A DNA stretch of 62,935 nt. It comes from an uncultured Veillonellaceae bacterium (lineage in GTDB: Bacteria > Bacillota > Negativicutes > Selenomonadales > Selenomonadaceae). The stretch lies in assembly GCA_902766015.1 (NCBI GenBank), contig CACXCC010000034.1:1-62935 (forward strand), in the 5' to 3' direction. This document shows, in pieces, positions 28,919 through 37,758 of this stretch (position 1 is its first letter; each line of letters opens with the position of its first letter). The notes under the pieces were generated by a model. The model did not search any database. It saw only the letters and a list, made by a program, of their open reading frames with translations, and was not told the DNA's origin. Both the position numbers and the translations under genes were made by a program.

Positions 28919-30181
28919 ATGTATGGTGTGCTACTGATTCTCGTACTCGTCGTTACGGGCGGAGCTATCGCCTTTATCGGCGACCGCCTGGGATCGAAGG
29001 TCGGCAAAAAACGGCTCTCGATCTTCGGACTGCGGCCGCGCCATACGTCAATTGTCGTCACGATCTTTACGGGTATCTGCATCACGACATTGACACTCGG
29101 CGTCATGGCGGCAGCGTCACAAAATGTCCGCACGGCACTTTTCGGCATGGAAAAGCTGAACCGGACGATGGCAAAGACACAGCAAAGCCTGACGGATGCG
29201 CGTGCCCAGCTCGCCGATGCACAGGAAGAACAGCGTCAGGCCAGTGACGATCTCGCCAAGTCCAAAGAAGAAGTGTCCAAGCTTGAGGCGCAGCAGAAAG
29301 AGCTCGAAGCGCGTTCCGAGCAGCTTCAGGAAGGAAACCGCCTCCTCGAAGCTGCCAAGGCGGAACTTTTGGAACGCAACGGCGTACTCATGGCGCGCAA
29401 TGATGAACTCGGCGCTCTCAACAGTCAGCTCGGCAGTCAGAATCAGCTCTTATCGGCGGCCAATACCGACCTCAAGGACAAGAACGATATCCTGACGTCA
29501 GACAATAAGTTGCTTGAACAGCGGACACAGGATCTGCGCCAAGGTCTCATTACGATCCGCGAAGGCGATATCGTTTTCCGTGCCGGTGAAGTCATCGCGA
29601 GCGGTGTCGTCCGCGGCAATCGTTCGGCGGATGAAGTCGCCAAAGACCTCGAATCGCTCGCCCAGCTTGCCGACCGCAATGTTTACGTACGTTCCGGACG
29701 CGATACGGGCGAAAATATCTGGTTCTATCAGCCGGAATACAATGCGGCCGTTCAGCAGATTGCGCAGAGCAAGCAGGATATGGTTGTCCGTATCGTCGCG
29801 TCGGGCAACCTCATTCAGGGTGAGGCGGTACGCGCCTCGATCGAGCTCTATAAGAACAGCGTCATTTATCAGAAGAACGAGTTCATCATCGCGAAGACCT
29901 ATCATTTAACCGGCGGCGATGAAACGGAAGCTGAACATACGGTCATGAGTTTCCTCAAAGATGTCAATGCGGCGGCAACGGAACGCGGCATTCTGCAGGA
30001 TCCGATCCGCGGATCGATCGGCGTCATGGAAGGTGCACAGTTCTACGATGTGGTCAATTCGCTCGCGGCACTGCACGGAAATGTCGTTCTTTCGGCGTTC
30101 GCTCATGACGCGACGGATGCACTCGGGCCGTTGCGCCTGAACATCAAAGTCGAACCGATTGGTGAGAGCAGCAATCCGTAA
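28919..30181 (+). CDS. DUF3084-like membrane-anchored coiled-coil protein
   Basis: 420 aa. N-terminus 'GGAIAFIGDRLGSKVGKKRLSIFGLRPRHTS', two TM segments, about 170 aa of coiled coil and a globular C-terminal domain. A strong terminator follows it. Confidence 0.65.
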   Translation: MYGVLLILVLVVTGGAIAFIGDRLGSKVGKKRLSIFGLRPRHTSIVVTIFTGICITTLTLGVMAAASQNVRTALFGMEKLNRTMAKTQQSLTDARAQLADAQEEQRQASDDLAKSKEEVSKLEAQQKELEARSEQLQEGNRLLEAAKAELLERNGVLMARNDELGALNSQLGSQNQLLSAANTDLKDKNDILTSDNKLLEQRTQDLRQGLITIREGDIVFRAGEVIASGVVRGNRSADEVAKDLESLAQLADRNVYVRSGRDTGENIWFYQPEYNAAVQQIAQSKQDMVVRIVASGNLIQGEAVRASIELYKNSVIYQKNEFIIAKTYHLTGGDETEAEHTVMSFLKDVNAAATERGILQDPIRGSIGVMEGAQFYDVVNSLAALHGNVVLSAFAHDATDALGPLRLNIKVEPIGESSNP

Positions 30182-30191
30182 CGGTGTATGG

Positions 30192-30226
30192 AATCCCCTT
30201 TCCCGGCAGGCGGAAGGGGATTTTTT
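30192..30226 (+). terminator. intrinsic terminator after the DUF3084 gene (end of the lpt transcription unit)
   Basis: AATCCCCTT...AAGGGGATT followed by a T-run. Confidence 0.75.
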
Positions 30227-30242
30227 GTGAGGAGGAATGGTT

Positions 30243-30656
30243 ATGACGGTAGCCGCTTTGGACCCGGGCCGCGATAAATGCGGGCTCGCTGTCCTTGACG
30301 ATCACGGCGTCATTTTATATCAGGAAGTCATCGCAACGGCGGACCTCGAGACGGCTTTGCGTCAAGTCGAGTCGCGGTTCCGTCCCGACGTACTCATCGA
30401 AGGTAACGGCACAACGAGCTCAACGGCGCGGGAACGCATGCGCCGCGCCGTTCCGGGACTCTGTATCCGCGTCGTTGACGAATACCGCACGACGGAACTC
30501 GCGAAGGGCGAATACTGGAAAGCGCATCCGCCGAAGGGTTGGCGGCGTCTGCTGCCCGTTTCGATGCAGGTTCCCCCGGAACCGGTCGACGATTTTGTCG
30601 CCGTCATTCTCGCGCGGCGTTACTTGAAAGAAGGAAAGAACCATGGGGATGAATAA
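30243..30656 (+). CDS. YqgF/RuvX-like RNase H-fold nuclease
   Basis: About 137 aa. Spaced acidic residues match an RNase H-like pattern ('ALDPGRDKCG', 'LIEGNG', 'VVDEYRTT', 'VDDF'). GAGGAGG RBS. Confidence 0.5.
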   Translation: MTVAALDPGRDKCGLAVLDDHGVILYQEVIATADLETALRQVESRFRPDVLIEGNGTTSSTARERMRRAVPGLCIRVVDEYRTTELAKGEYWKAHPPKGWRRLLPVSMQVPPEPVDDFVAVILARRYLKEGKNHGDE

Positions 30657-31110
30657 ACAGGAGCGCCCGGACTGGACGCAGTATTTCCTTGACATTGCCA
30701 AGGCGGTGGGGCGCAGAGCAACATGTCTGCGCCGCCGTTACGGTGCCATCATCGTCAAGGATAAAATCATCATCAGTACGGGCTACAACGGCGCACCGCG
30801 CGGCGAGGCGAACTGCATCGATACCGGCATTTGCGAACGCGAGCGTCTGCACGTGCCGAAAGGGCAAAACTACGAACTCTGCGTCGCCGTCCATGCCGAG
30901 CAGAACGCGATCATCAATGCGGATCCCGTCAAGATGGAAGGCGCGACGATCTATATCGTCGGCTTTAACGCCGCCGACGGGTCACTCGCATCGGGGAAAC
31001 CGTGTCTTCTCTGCCGCCGTATGCTCCGCAATGCCAAGATTGCCCGCGTCGTTTACTACGCGGAAGACGGCAGCGTCGTCTCGTGCCGACCCGATGAAAT
31101 CCGCGACTGA
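30643..31110 (+). CDS. comEB: dCMP deaminase (ComEB family zinc deaminase)
   Basis: 155 aa. Motifs 'VHAEQNAI' and 'PCLLCRRML' (HAE / PCxxC zinc site). Confidence 0.85.
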   Translation: MGMNKQERPDWTQYFLDIAKAVGRRATCLRRRYGAIIVKDKIIISTGYNGAPRGEANCIDTGICERERLHVPKGQNYELCVAVHAEQNAIINADPVKMEGATIYIVGFNAADGSLASGKPCLLCRRMLRNAKIARVVYYAEDGSVVSCRPDEIRD

Positions 31111-31146
31111 CCTGACGCCGACATAGCGTGAAAATACAGCTCAAAA

Positions 31147-31169
31147 GCGCGCCCTCGGGGCGCGTTTTT
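31147..31169 (+). terminator. intrinsic terminator after comEB
   Basis: CGCGCCC-tcg-GGGCGCG followed by T5. Confidence 0.75.
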
Positions 31170-31171
31170 CA

Positions 31172-31200
31172 TTGACACTTCAGGGGCCGTGCGGTAGAAT
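31172..31200 (+). promoter_or_regulatory. candidate promoter upstream of the wecA-like gene and wecB
   Basis: TTGACA, 17 nt, then TAGAAT, immediately after a terminator. Confidence 0.5.
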
Positions 31201-31259
31201 AGGAAATTGCAAAGGGATTTCTTCCCATAGAAAAAAGCAGGAACAGAGTAGAAAAAGGG

Positions 31260-32324
31260 GTGCGACATCTCATGCCAGATTATATGTTGGCGTTTATCCT
31301 TGCAGCCGGAACGGCCTTGCTGGTGACGCCGGGTGTTATTTTTTTGGCGAAAAAAACGGGAGCGATGGACGCTCCGGATCCGAGAAAAGTTCATAAGAAA
31401 CCGATTCCGCGTATCGGCGGCATCGGCATTTATATCGCGTTCATGATTGCGATCCTTGTGATCAAGTCGTATACTCCGCTCGTACCGGAAGTTCAGTTCG
31501 AGTTGACGGGACTCCTCGTCGGCGGCACACTCATCGTGCTCCTCGGCATCATCGACGATTACAAGAACCTGCCGGCCAAAGTTAAACTGGTCGGTCAGAT
31601 CGTTGCAGCCTGCGTGCTCGTCATCGCGTTTGACGTACGCATCGACTTTATCACCGATCCGTTCGGCGACTACATGTATCTCGAGTATCTCGCCATTCCG
31701 GTGACGGTATTCTGGATCGTCGGTCTCACCAATACGGTCAACCTCATCGACGGACTGGACGGTCTCGCCGCCGGCGTTGCCACGATCGCGTCGATTACGA
31801 TTTTCCTCGTGGCTCTGCAGCAGGACATCCTGCTCGTCGCCGTACTCACGGCGGCTCTCGCGGGCGCCGCGATCGGTTTCCTTTATTACAATTTCAATCC
31901 GGCCCGGATTTTCATGGGCGACTCGGGCAGTATGTTCCTCGGCTATATGCTCGCGGGTATTTCCGTCATCGGCGCCGTCAAATGCGCCGCAACGATCGCA
32001 CTCATTGTGCCGATCCTTGCACTCGGCCTGCCGATTCTTGACACGACGTTTGCGATTGTCCGCCGTTACCGCGGCGGTGTTCCGATCTTTAAACCGGATA
32101 AGGGACATCTGCATCACCGCCTCCTCGATCTCGGGTTTTCCCAGCGTCAGGCCGTTCTCCTGATGTATGTCATCAGCGCCCTGCTCGGACTCAGCGCCGT
32201 CGTCCTGACGGAAGTCAGTGCCCAGGTGTCGATTCTCATCGTCTGTCTCGTCATTGCAGTCGTATTGGTCGGCGCCAAGAAGCTCGGGATTTTCCGGTTG
32301 AATGATTCCGCTCATCAGCACTGA
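31260..32324 (+). CDS. undecaprenyl-phosphate GlcNAc-1-phosphate transferase (WecA/TagO, MraY-like GT4 family)
   Basis: Polytopic membrane protein with 'IIDDYKNL', 'NLIDGLDGLA' and 'NFNPARIFMGDSGS'. ATG 31272 is an alternative start. Confidence 0.85.
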   Translation: MRHLMPDYMLAFILAAGTALLVTPGVIFLAKKTGAMDAPDPRKVHKKPIPRIGGIGIYIAFMIAILVIKSYTPLVPEVQFELTGLLVGGTLIVLLGIIDDYKNLPAKVKLVGQIVAACVLVIAFDVRIDFITDPFGDYMYLEYLAIPVTVFWIVGLTNTVNLIDGLDGLAAGVATIASITIFLVALQQDILLVAVLTAALAGAAIGFLYYNFNPARIFMGDSGSMFLGYMLAGISVIGAVKCAATIALIVPILALGLPILDTTFAIVRRYRGGVPIFKPDKGHLHHRLLDLGFSQRQAVLLMYVISALLGLSAVVLTEVSAQVSILIVCLVIAVVLVGAKKLGIFRLNDSAHQH

Positions 32325-32390
32325 ATCAGGCAGGCGCACGCCTGCCTTTTTATTTGCCGCAGATTTACCCAGAAAGGAAAGGGGATTTAT

Positions 32391-33557
32391 ATGAAAAAGA
32401 AGCTCAAGGTGATGACCGTTTTCGGGACGCGTCCGGAAGCGATCAAGATGGCTCCGGTCGTTCTGCAGCTCAAAGAGCACAGTGACGTCATTTCGCCGAT
32501 CGTCGCTGTTACGGCACAGCATCGCGAAATGCTCGACCAGGTACTCGATCTCTTTCACATCGTCCCGGATTATGACCTCAATATCATGGCGCCGCGTCAG
32601 ACGTTGTTTGACATCACGACGAAAGCCCTGAACGGCCTGCATGAAGTCATGGCCAAGGCAAAACCGGACCTCGTCCTCGTTCACGGTGACACGACGACGA
32701 CGTTTGCGGGCGCTCTTGCCGCCTATTATTGTCAGATCCCGGTCGGCCATGTCGAAGCCGGTCTGCGTACGCATAACATCTATTCCCCCTTCCCGGAGGA
32801 AATGAACCGCAAACTCACGGGCTGCATCGCGGAACTCAACTTTGCGCCGACGCCGACGTCGCGCGCCAACCTCCGCGCCGAAAACGTCAGCGATGACAAG
32901 ATCTTCGTCACGGGCAACACCGTCATCGATGCGCTGCATCATACGGTTCGCGATGACTTCTACTTTGACGACCCGATCCTGCGCAGCATTGACTTCGAGG
33001 ACCGCCGCGTCATTCTCGTCACGACACATCGCCGCGAAAACCTCGGCGAGCCGATGCGTCACGTTTACCGCGCGCTGCGTCAACTCACGGAGGAGTTCGA
33101 CGATGTCGAAGTCGTATTCCCGGTTCACCGCAACCCGAAAGTCCGCGAAATCGTCAACGCGGAGCTCGGCGGCCTCGCGAAAGTTCACCTCATCGAGCCG
33201 CTCGACTATGAACCGTTTGCGAACCTCATGTATCGCTCGCATCTCATTATGACGGACTCGGGAGGCGTTCAGGAAGAAGCGCCGGCCCTCGGAAAGCCGG
33301 TTCTCGTTCTGCGTGACACGACGGAGCGCCCGGAAGCCGTCGCCGCAGGAACGGTCAAACTCATCGGCACAGACCGCGACCGCGTCTATAACGAAGCAAA
33401 AGAATTGTTGACGGATCCGGCGGAGTACAACCGCATGGCCGAAGCCTGCAACCCGTACGGTGACGGCTTGGCTTCGCCGCGTATCATCCAGGCGATCCTC
33501 TATCATTATGGGTTCACGGAAAGACGCCCGGAGCCGTTTCAGGAACAAAAAGCATAA
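32391..33557 (+). CDS. wecB: UDP-N-acetylglucosamine 2-epimerase (non-hydrolysing)
   Basis: 388 aa. Motifs 'VFGTRPEAIKMAPV', 'HGDTTTTF', 'HVEAGLRT' and 'TDSGGVQEEAPALGKP'. Confidence 0.92.
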   Translation: MKKKLKVMTVFGTRPEAIKMAPVVLQLKEHSDVISPIVAVTAQHREMLDQVLDLFHIVPDYDLNIMAPRQTLFDITTKALNGLHEVMAKAKPDLVLVHGDTTTTFAGALAAYYCQIPVGHVEAGLRTHNIYSPFPEEMNRKLTGCIAELNFAPTPTSRANLRAENVSDDKIFVTGNTVIDALHHTVRDDFYFDDPILRSIDFEDRRVILVTTHRRENLGEPMRHVYRALRQLTEEFDDVEVVFPVHRNPKVREIVNAELGGLAKVHLIEPLDYEPFANLMYRSHLIMTDSGGVQEEAPALGKPVLVLRDTTERPEAVAAGTVKLIGTDRDRVYNEAKELLTDPAEYNRMAEACNPYGDGLASPRIIQAILYHYGFTERRPEPFQEQKA

Positions 33558-33573
33558 ACCTTGACCTGTTTGA

Positions 33574-33606
33574 ACACGGAAGGATAAAATTCCTTCCGTG
33601 TTTTTT
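33574..33606 (+). terminator. intrinsic terminator after wecB
   Basis: ACACGGAAGGA-taaaat-TCCTTCCGTGT followed by T6. Confidence 0.8.
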
Positions 33607-33705
33607 CTTTGTCCGTTTTTCGAATTCACCGTTCTCATATGATGGAGTATAATTAGAATACAATTTAAAACATGTTCTAATGTTTTTTACAAAGGGCAGA
33701 ATGAT

Positions 33706-34206
33706 ATGTCCGAGAACATCGACCGGGTACGCCGCAAAATCCTGCAGACGGCCAAGGAATTGATGGTCAAACAGGGATATAAAAAGACGACGATCCGCCA
33801 GATCGTTTCGGAGTCGGGCGTGACGTCGGGGAGTATTTACCATCTGTTTCCGAGTAAAGAGAAAATTTTTCAGGCGATCGTCAACGATCTTATGGATCGT
33901 GTCGTTGCCATTGCCGATGAGAGTTTTCAGGATAAGGATCCCGCTCTGCGCTATGCTGCCATTCTCGAGATTGAGCTCGTCGCGATTCAGGACCCGACGG
34001 ACAACTGGGTTGACATCAAAGTGCCGGAAACCGAGCTCTCGCAATACGCGTTAAATCAGGAAGTGACGCTCATCGGCCGCGATGACAAGACGAAAGTCAC
34101 GGGGATTATCACGGATATCAGCAAAAAGGCGGACTTTGCCGCGACACGTGCAATGAGCGAACGCGGCAAGGACACCGATATTATCACGTTCAACGTCAAG
34201 GTCTAG
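33706..34206 (+). pseudogene. chimeric remnant: TetR-family HTH N-terminus fused in frame to a HlyD-family C-terminal fragment, ended by a premature TAG
   Basis: Residues 1-~100 are TetR-like ('GYKKTTIRQIVSESGVTSGSIYHLFPSKE'). Residues ~100-166 are the HlyD membrane-proximal part ('DNWVDIKVPETELSQYALNQEVTLIG..VTGIITDIS'). After the TAG at 34204 the same frame continues 'VNSDKLRPGMRFRLEG', a typical HlyD end. Confidence 0.6.
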
Positions 34207-34262
34207 GTCAACTCGGATAAACTCCGCCCCGGCATGCGGTTCCGCCTGGAAGGATATGACGG

Positions 34263-35054
34263 ATGACACTCGGTGCGATTATCCGGCGCGGGTGGAAAAC
34301 ATTCTGCTGTCAGGGGAAAGTGCCGGATCTCCTGATCGTACTGCTTCTGCCCGTGCTTTATGTCTGTATTTTCGGTCTGATTTATCAGCAGAACGTCGTC
34401 CGGGAAATCCCGATCGTCATCTACGATCAGGATCAGAGCTCGGCTTCGCGTCAGCTCATTTCGATGTATAACGACTCCGAAAAATTTCAGATCGTCGGCT
34501 ATGTGACATCGGCCGAAGAAAAAGAAATGGCACTCTCGGACAGTTCCGCCTATGCCGCACTGGAAATCCCGCGCGATTTTTCGCATGACATCAAACTGGG
34601 GCGCGGTTCATCGGTCGCCGTGACGATCAATAACGTCAACAATACGGTCGGCGGCGCGGCGCTCCTTGACTCGTGGGAGATCAACCGCTCGTTTCATGTC
34701 GGCGTGGCGCAGAAACTCATCGAGGGTATCGGCATGAAGCCGGATGACGCGCTGCACGCCGTTTATCCCGTCACGATCGGACTGCGCGTCTACAACAACC
34801 CGACGGCGGGATTTTCGCCTTTCGATCCTGTCGCTGCTGATTGCGCTTTCGCTCGCGGTCTTCGTGCTCGGCATCGCGCTCAAAAGCGGCTTTTGGCCGA
34901 TGTTCCTTTTCGGCATTGCGTTTATCTGCGCCGTTGTGCCGTTTTTCTCGTCATCGGTCTTGCCGTTTTCTGCCTGCGTCATCCGCGCGCGATGAAACGA
35001 CTTGACGCCGCCTCAGCCGAAAGCGATACCGGGAAAGTCGAAGCACAGGCCTGA
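34263..35054 (+). pseudogene. ABC-2 type permease (YhhJ/YbhS-like), frameshifted and internally deleted
   Basis: The N-terminal TM and large extracytoplasmic loop are intact up to '...RVYNNPTAGF'. After that the frame becomes nonsense (R/A-rich). TM-like sequence ('LSILSLLIALSLAVFVLGIAL..MFLFGIAFICAVVPFF') continues in another frame (34744-34995). The total length is too short for the family. Confidence 0.55.
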
Positions 35055-35071
35055 CGTTCCGTTCAAAATCC

Positions 35072-35101
35072 GCCGCTGTTTTCTGCAGCGGCTTTTCTTT
35101 T
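35072..35101 (+). terminator. intrinsic terminator after the efflux-locus remnant
   Basis: GCCGCTG-7 nt-CAGCGGC followed by TTTTCTTTT. Confidence 0.6.
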
Positions 35102-35167
35102 GCCTGAACTGCGCTTGAATATGATATAATAAGAGTAAATGCAAACCGTAACGAAAGGAGAGGTCCT

Positions 35168-35470
35168 ATGTCCGATTTACAGGATCCCCGTGAGAAAAAC
35201 AAGCCGAAGGTACCGAAGCCGCCGACATACAATCCCTGGGAACAGGAGAAAGGCGAAGGCGTTAAACAGGCATTGAAAGCGTTTTCGCTTTTGGGCAGTG
35301 TCGGCATTTATTTTGTCGTGTTTGTCGGGATCTGCCTCTTCCTCGGCAGCGTCGTCGATGACTTTTTCGGCTGGAAATATGCCGGCAAGCTTGTCGGTAT
35401 TCTTATTGGTTTTCCGGGCTCGATTTATTCGATCTACCGCCAGCTGAAACACGGTACATTCCTTTCCTGA
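35168..35470 (+). CDS. atpZ: AtpZ/AtpI-family small membrane protein (F0F1 ATPase-associated)
   Basis: 100 aa with two TM segments ('LLGSVGIYFVVFVGICLFLG', 'AGKLVGILIGFPGSIYSIY'). It lies upstream of the atp operon. Confidence 0.65.
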   Translation: MSDLQDPREKNKPKVPKPPTYNPWEQEKGEGVKQALKAFSLLGSVGIYFVVFVGICLFLGSVVDDFFGWKYAGKLVGILIGFPGSIYSIYRQLKHGTFLS

Positions 35471-35509
35471 CGGGAACGGAAAGAATCGCTATCTTTTTCG
35501 GTGAAACTC

Positions 35510-35538
35510 TTGCCATATCAAAATCAATCGCATATAAT
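35510..35538 (+). promoter_or_regulatory. candidate promoter of atpI-atpBEFHAGDC
   Basis: TTGCCA, 17 nt, then TATAAT. This leaves a leader of about 240 nt before atpI. Confidence 0.45.
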
Positions 35539-35782
35539 AGACATTGCGACTGACCAGCATAAATAGTTAATATATCACTTTATGCTATCATAAATTCAAC
35601 CTATTTCGACGAGCTATATACGGATTTCGTAGAAATTTATCGGGTTTTTTCTTCTTTTGCAGAAGGAATAATCCCGTCGTTCGTCGAAATGAAAAAACTG
35701 AGGTAAGGAGTACCGTCGCAGATTTCTTGCCGAGCCGATATTCAACGACGACGACGGCTCGCGCTGCCGTTGGAGGAGGAAT

Positions 35783-36163
35783 ATGAGATCTTTTTTATCG
35801 GAATTTATCCGAAGAATGGGGAAAGGCCTTACGATCATCACAGGGTTGGCTGTTATCCTGTTATTTATCACAGGACAGGCCGTCCTGATCGGAGCATTGC
35901 TGATCGGTTATATGGCTGCTGCCGCGTGTATCGTCACGCTCGTCTACCGTACCTGGAAGAGCGCCGAGCTCTCGGAAGCCGCCGCCAAGAAGCAGATGCT
36001 TTGGGGATTGATCCTGAGGCTCGCGATCTGTTTTTCGGTGCTGCTGGCGGCAGCGCAGATTTCTGTGCGTGTTTTTGCCGTTACCGCGGCGGGATTCCTT
36101 TTGTTCTATGTGACGGCAATGTGGACATTCATCCGTTACAGCAGATATTCCGGTAAAGCGTAG
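35783..36163 (+). CDS. atpI: ATP synthase protein I
   Basis: 126 aa and four TM segments, immediately upstream of atpB. GGAGGAGG RBS. Confidence 0.72.
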   Translation: MRSFLSEFIRRMGKGLTIITGLAVILLFITGQAVLIGALLIGYMAAAACIVTLVYRTWKSAELSEAAAKKQMLWGLILRLAICFSVLLAAAQISVRVFAVTAAGFLLFYVTAMWTFIRYSRYSGKA

Positions 36164-36203
36164 TAGTTCGCAGGGGGTTATGCCCCCAAGGGAGGTAAAG
36201 GTT

Positions 36204-36881
36204 ATGCATGAAATCGGTGTTCGCGAAATCGTAACGTATGCCGGCTTGACCTTTAACTGGGAGACCCTGTGTATGACGTGGCTGACAATGGCGATCGTCC
36301 TGTTTATCTCGATTATCGCAACGCGCAACATGAAGCTCGTTCCGTCCGGATGGCAGAATGTTGTCGAAATCATTGTCAACTGGCTTCACACGCAGGCATC
36401 GGTCACGATGGGAAAACGCGGTGAGTTCCTCGAACCATTCGTCTTATCGCTGTTCCTGTTCCTGATCGTGTCCAACTGGCTGGGACTTGTCCCAACATTG
36501 GCCTCGCCGACAAATGACTTGAACACCACCCTTGGGCTTGCTCTCCTCGTCATCGTTATGGTTCATATGCTGGGCTTCCACTTTAAAGGCGGTGCTTATC
36601 TGAAGCACTTCTTCCAGCCGGTTGCCCCGTTTGTTATCATTAACGCCATCGAGGAAGTCGCAAAGCCGATCACGTTGTCCTTCCGTCTATTCGGTAACAT
36701 CCTGGCAGGCGAGATTCTCATCATCATCCTGCTCAAGTTGATGCCGATCTGGATGCCGATCCCATCAGTTGTCTGGCTGGCGTTCAGTATTTTCATTGGC
36801 GGAGTTCAGGCCTTCATCTTTACGATGCTGTCGATGGCATATCTTGCCGTAGCCGTTAAAGATGAACACGAAGATGCCTGA
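36204..36881 (+). CDS. atpB: F0F1 ATP synthase subunit a
   Basis: ATG 36204 sits 9 nt after a GGGAGG RBS. Motif 'LSFRLFGNILAGEIL' contains the essential Arg. Confidence 0.93.
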   Translation: MHEIGVREIVTYAGLTFNWETLCMTWLTMAIVLFISIIATRNMKLVPSGWQNVVEIIVNWLHTQASVTMGKRGEFLEPFVLSLFLFLIVSNWLGLVPTLASPTNDLNTTLGLALLVIVMVHMLGFHFKGGAYLKHFFQPVAPFVIINAIEEVAKPITLSFRLFGNILAGEILIIILLKLMPIWMPIPSVVWLAFSIFIGGVQAFIFTMLSMAYLAVAVKDEHEDA

Positions 36882-36963
36882 GTATTTGGTTCTTTGATGT
36901 AATGTTTTTTCTGCAATAAGCAGACCAAGTATTTTTCAATGTACATTTAAGGAGGATTTTTTC

Positions 36964-37215
36964 ATGGAAAACGCAATTATGGTAGCAGCTGCTCTGATCG
37001 GTGCAGGTATTACGATGGGTCTCGCAGCAATCGGCGCCGGCCTCGGCGACGGTCTCGTAACGAGCCGCTTCATTGAAGGTATTACGCGCCAGCCGGAAGC
37101 TAAGAACACGCTCTTCACGAACACCCTGATCTCCGTCGGCCTCATCGAGTCCATGGCTATCATTGCGACCGTTATTGCCCTGATCATGCTCTACGCTAAC
37201 CCGCTGATCAAATAA
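36964..37215 (+). CDS. atpE: F0F1 ATP synthase subunit c
   Basis: 83 aa hairpin. Loop 'RQPE' and carboxylate 'GLIESMAI'. Confidence 0.95.
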   Translation: MENAIMVAAALIGAGITMGLAAIGAGLGDGLVTSRFIEGITRQPEAKNTLFTNTLISVGLIESMAIIATVIALIMLYANPLIK

Positions 37216-37254
37216 GATTGCCTGGGGGATATGCAGCAAAGGGGGGCATAGCAA

Positions 37255-37758
37255 TTGATAGAACTTAATGCTACGTTGTTAGCGCAGGTCCTGAACTTCC
37301 TGATCCTCGCCGGTCTTCTCCGCGCTTTTGCTTACAAGCCGGTTGTCCGCATGCTCAAGAAACGTCAGGATACGATTGCCGCCAACATCAACCGCGCTGA
37401 TGCCGATGCCGCTGCCGCACAGGCAACGCTCAAAGAGTATCAGGACAAGCTGAACAGTGCTCGTGAGCAGGCTCAGCAGATCGTTGATGAAGCCAGTCGC
37501 CGCGCCGCGGAAGAACGTGCAAGAAAACTGAAGGAAACGCAGACGGAAATCGACCGCATGAAAAAGGCGGCCAAGGCTGAGATCGAACGCGATCATGAGC
37601 GTGCCGAAGAACAGCTCCGCAAGGAAGTTGTCGAGCTTTCGATTGCCGCTGCCAGCAAGATTATCTCGAAAAATATCAAAACGGAAGACAATGAGCGCCT
37701 CGTCGGCGACTTCCTCTCCCGTGTTGACAAGAAAAAGATTGGTGATTTCTCATGCTAA
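37255..37758 (+). CDS. atpF: F0F1 ATP synthase subunit b
   Basis: TTG start, one N-terminal TM and a long charged helix, between atpE and atpH. Confidence 0.9.
   Translation: MIELNATLLAQVLNFLILAGLLRAFAYKPVVRMLKKRQDTIAANINRADADAAAAQATLKEYQDKLNSAREQAQQIVDEASRRAAEERARKLKETQTEIDRMKKAAKAEIERDHERAEEQLRKEVVELSIAAASKIISKNIKTEDNERLVGDFLSRVDKKKIGDFSC

Noticed and set aside
31056-33638. 860-aa minus-strand ORF antisense to the wecA-like gene and wecB
   Set aside because: The sense strand carries two confidently recognised enzymes. The antisense product has no motifs and spans their intergenic region. It is spurious.
35727-35786. 19-codon upstream ORF (TTG start) whose stop overlaps the atpI ATG (ATATGA)
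   Set aside because: The only Shine-Dalgarno-like sequence (AAGGAG, 35705-35710) is 16 nt from the TTG. The peptide (LPSRYSTTTTARAAVGGGI) has no features. It is probably fortuitous.
36964-37215. Possible Na+-specific c-ring, because of the 'ES' pair at the carboxylate (GLIESMAI)
   Set aside because: The other Na+-coordinating positions known from Ilyobacter/Propionigenium c subunits are not present: the helix-1 Gln is Asp in GLGDG, and the Thr and Tyr after ES are Met and Ile. A proton-coupled enzyme is the default reading.
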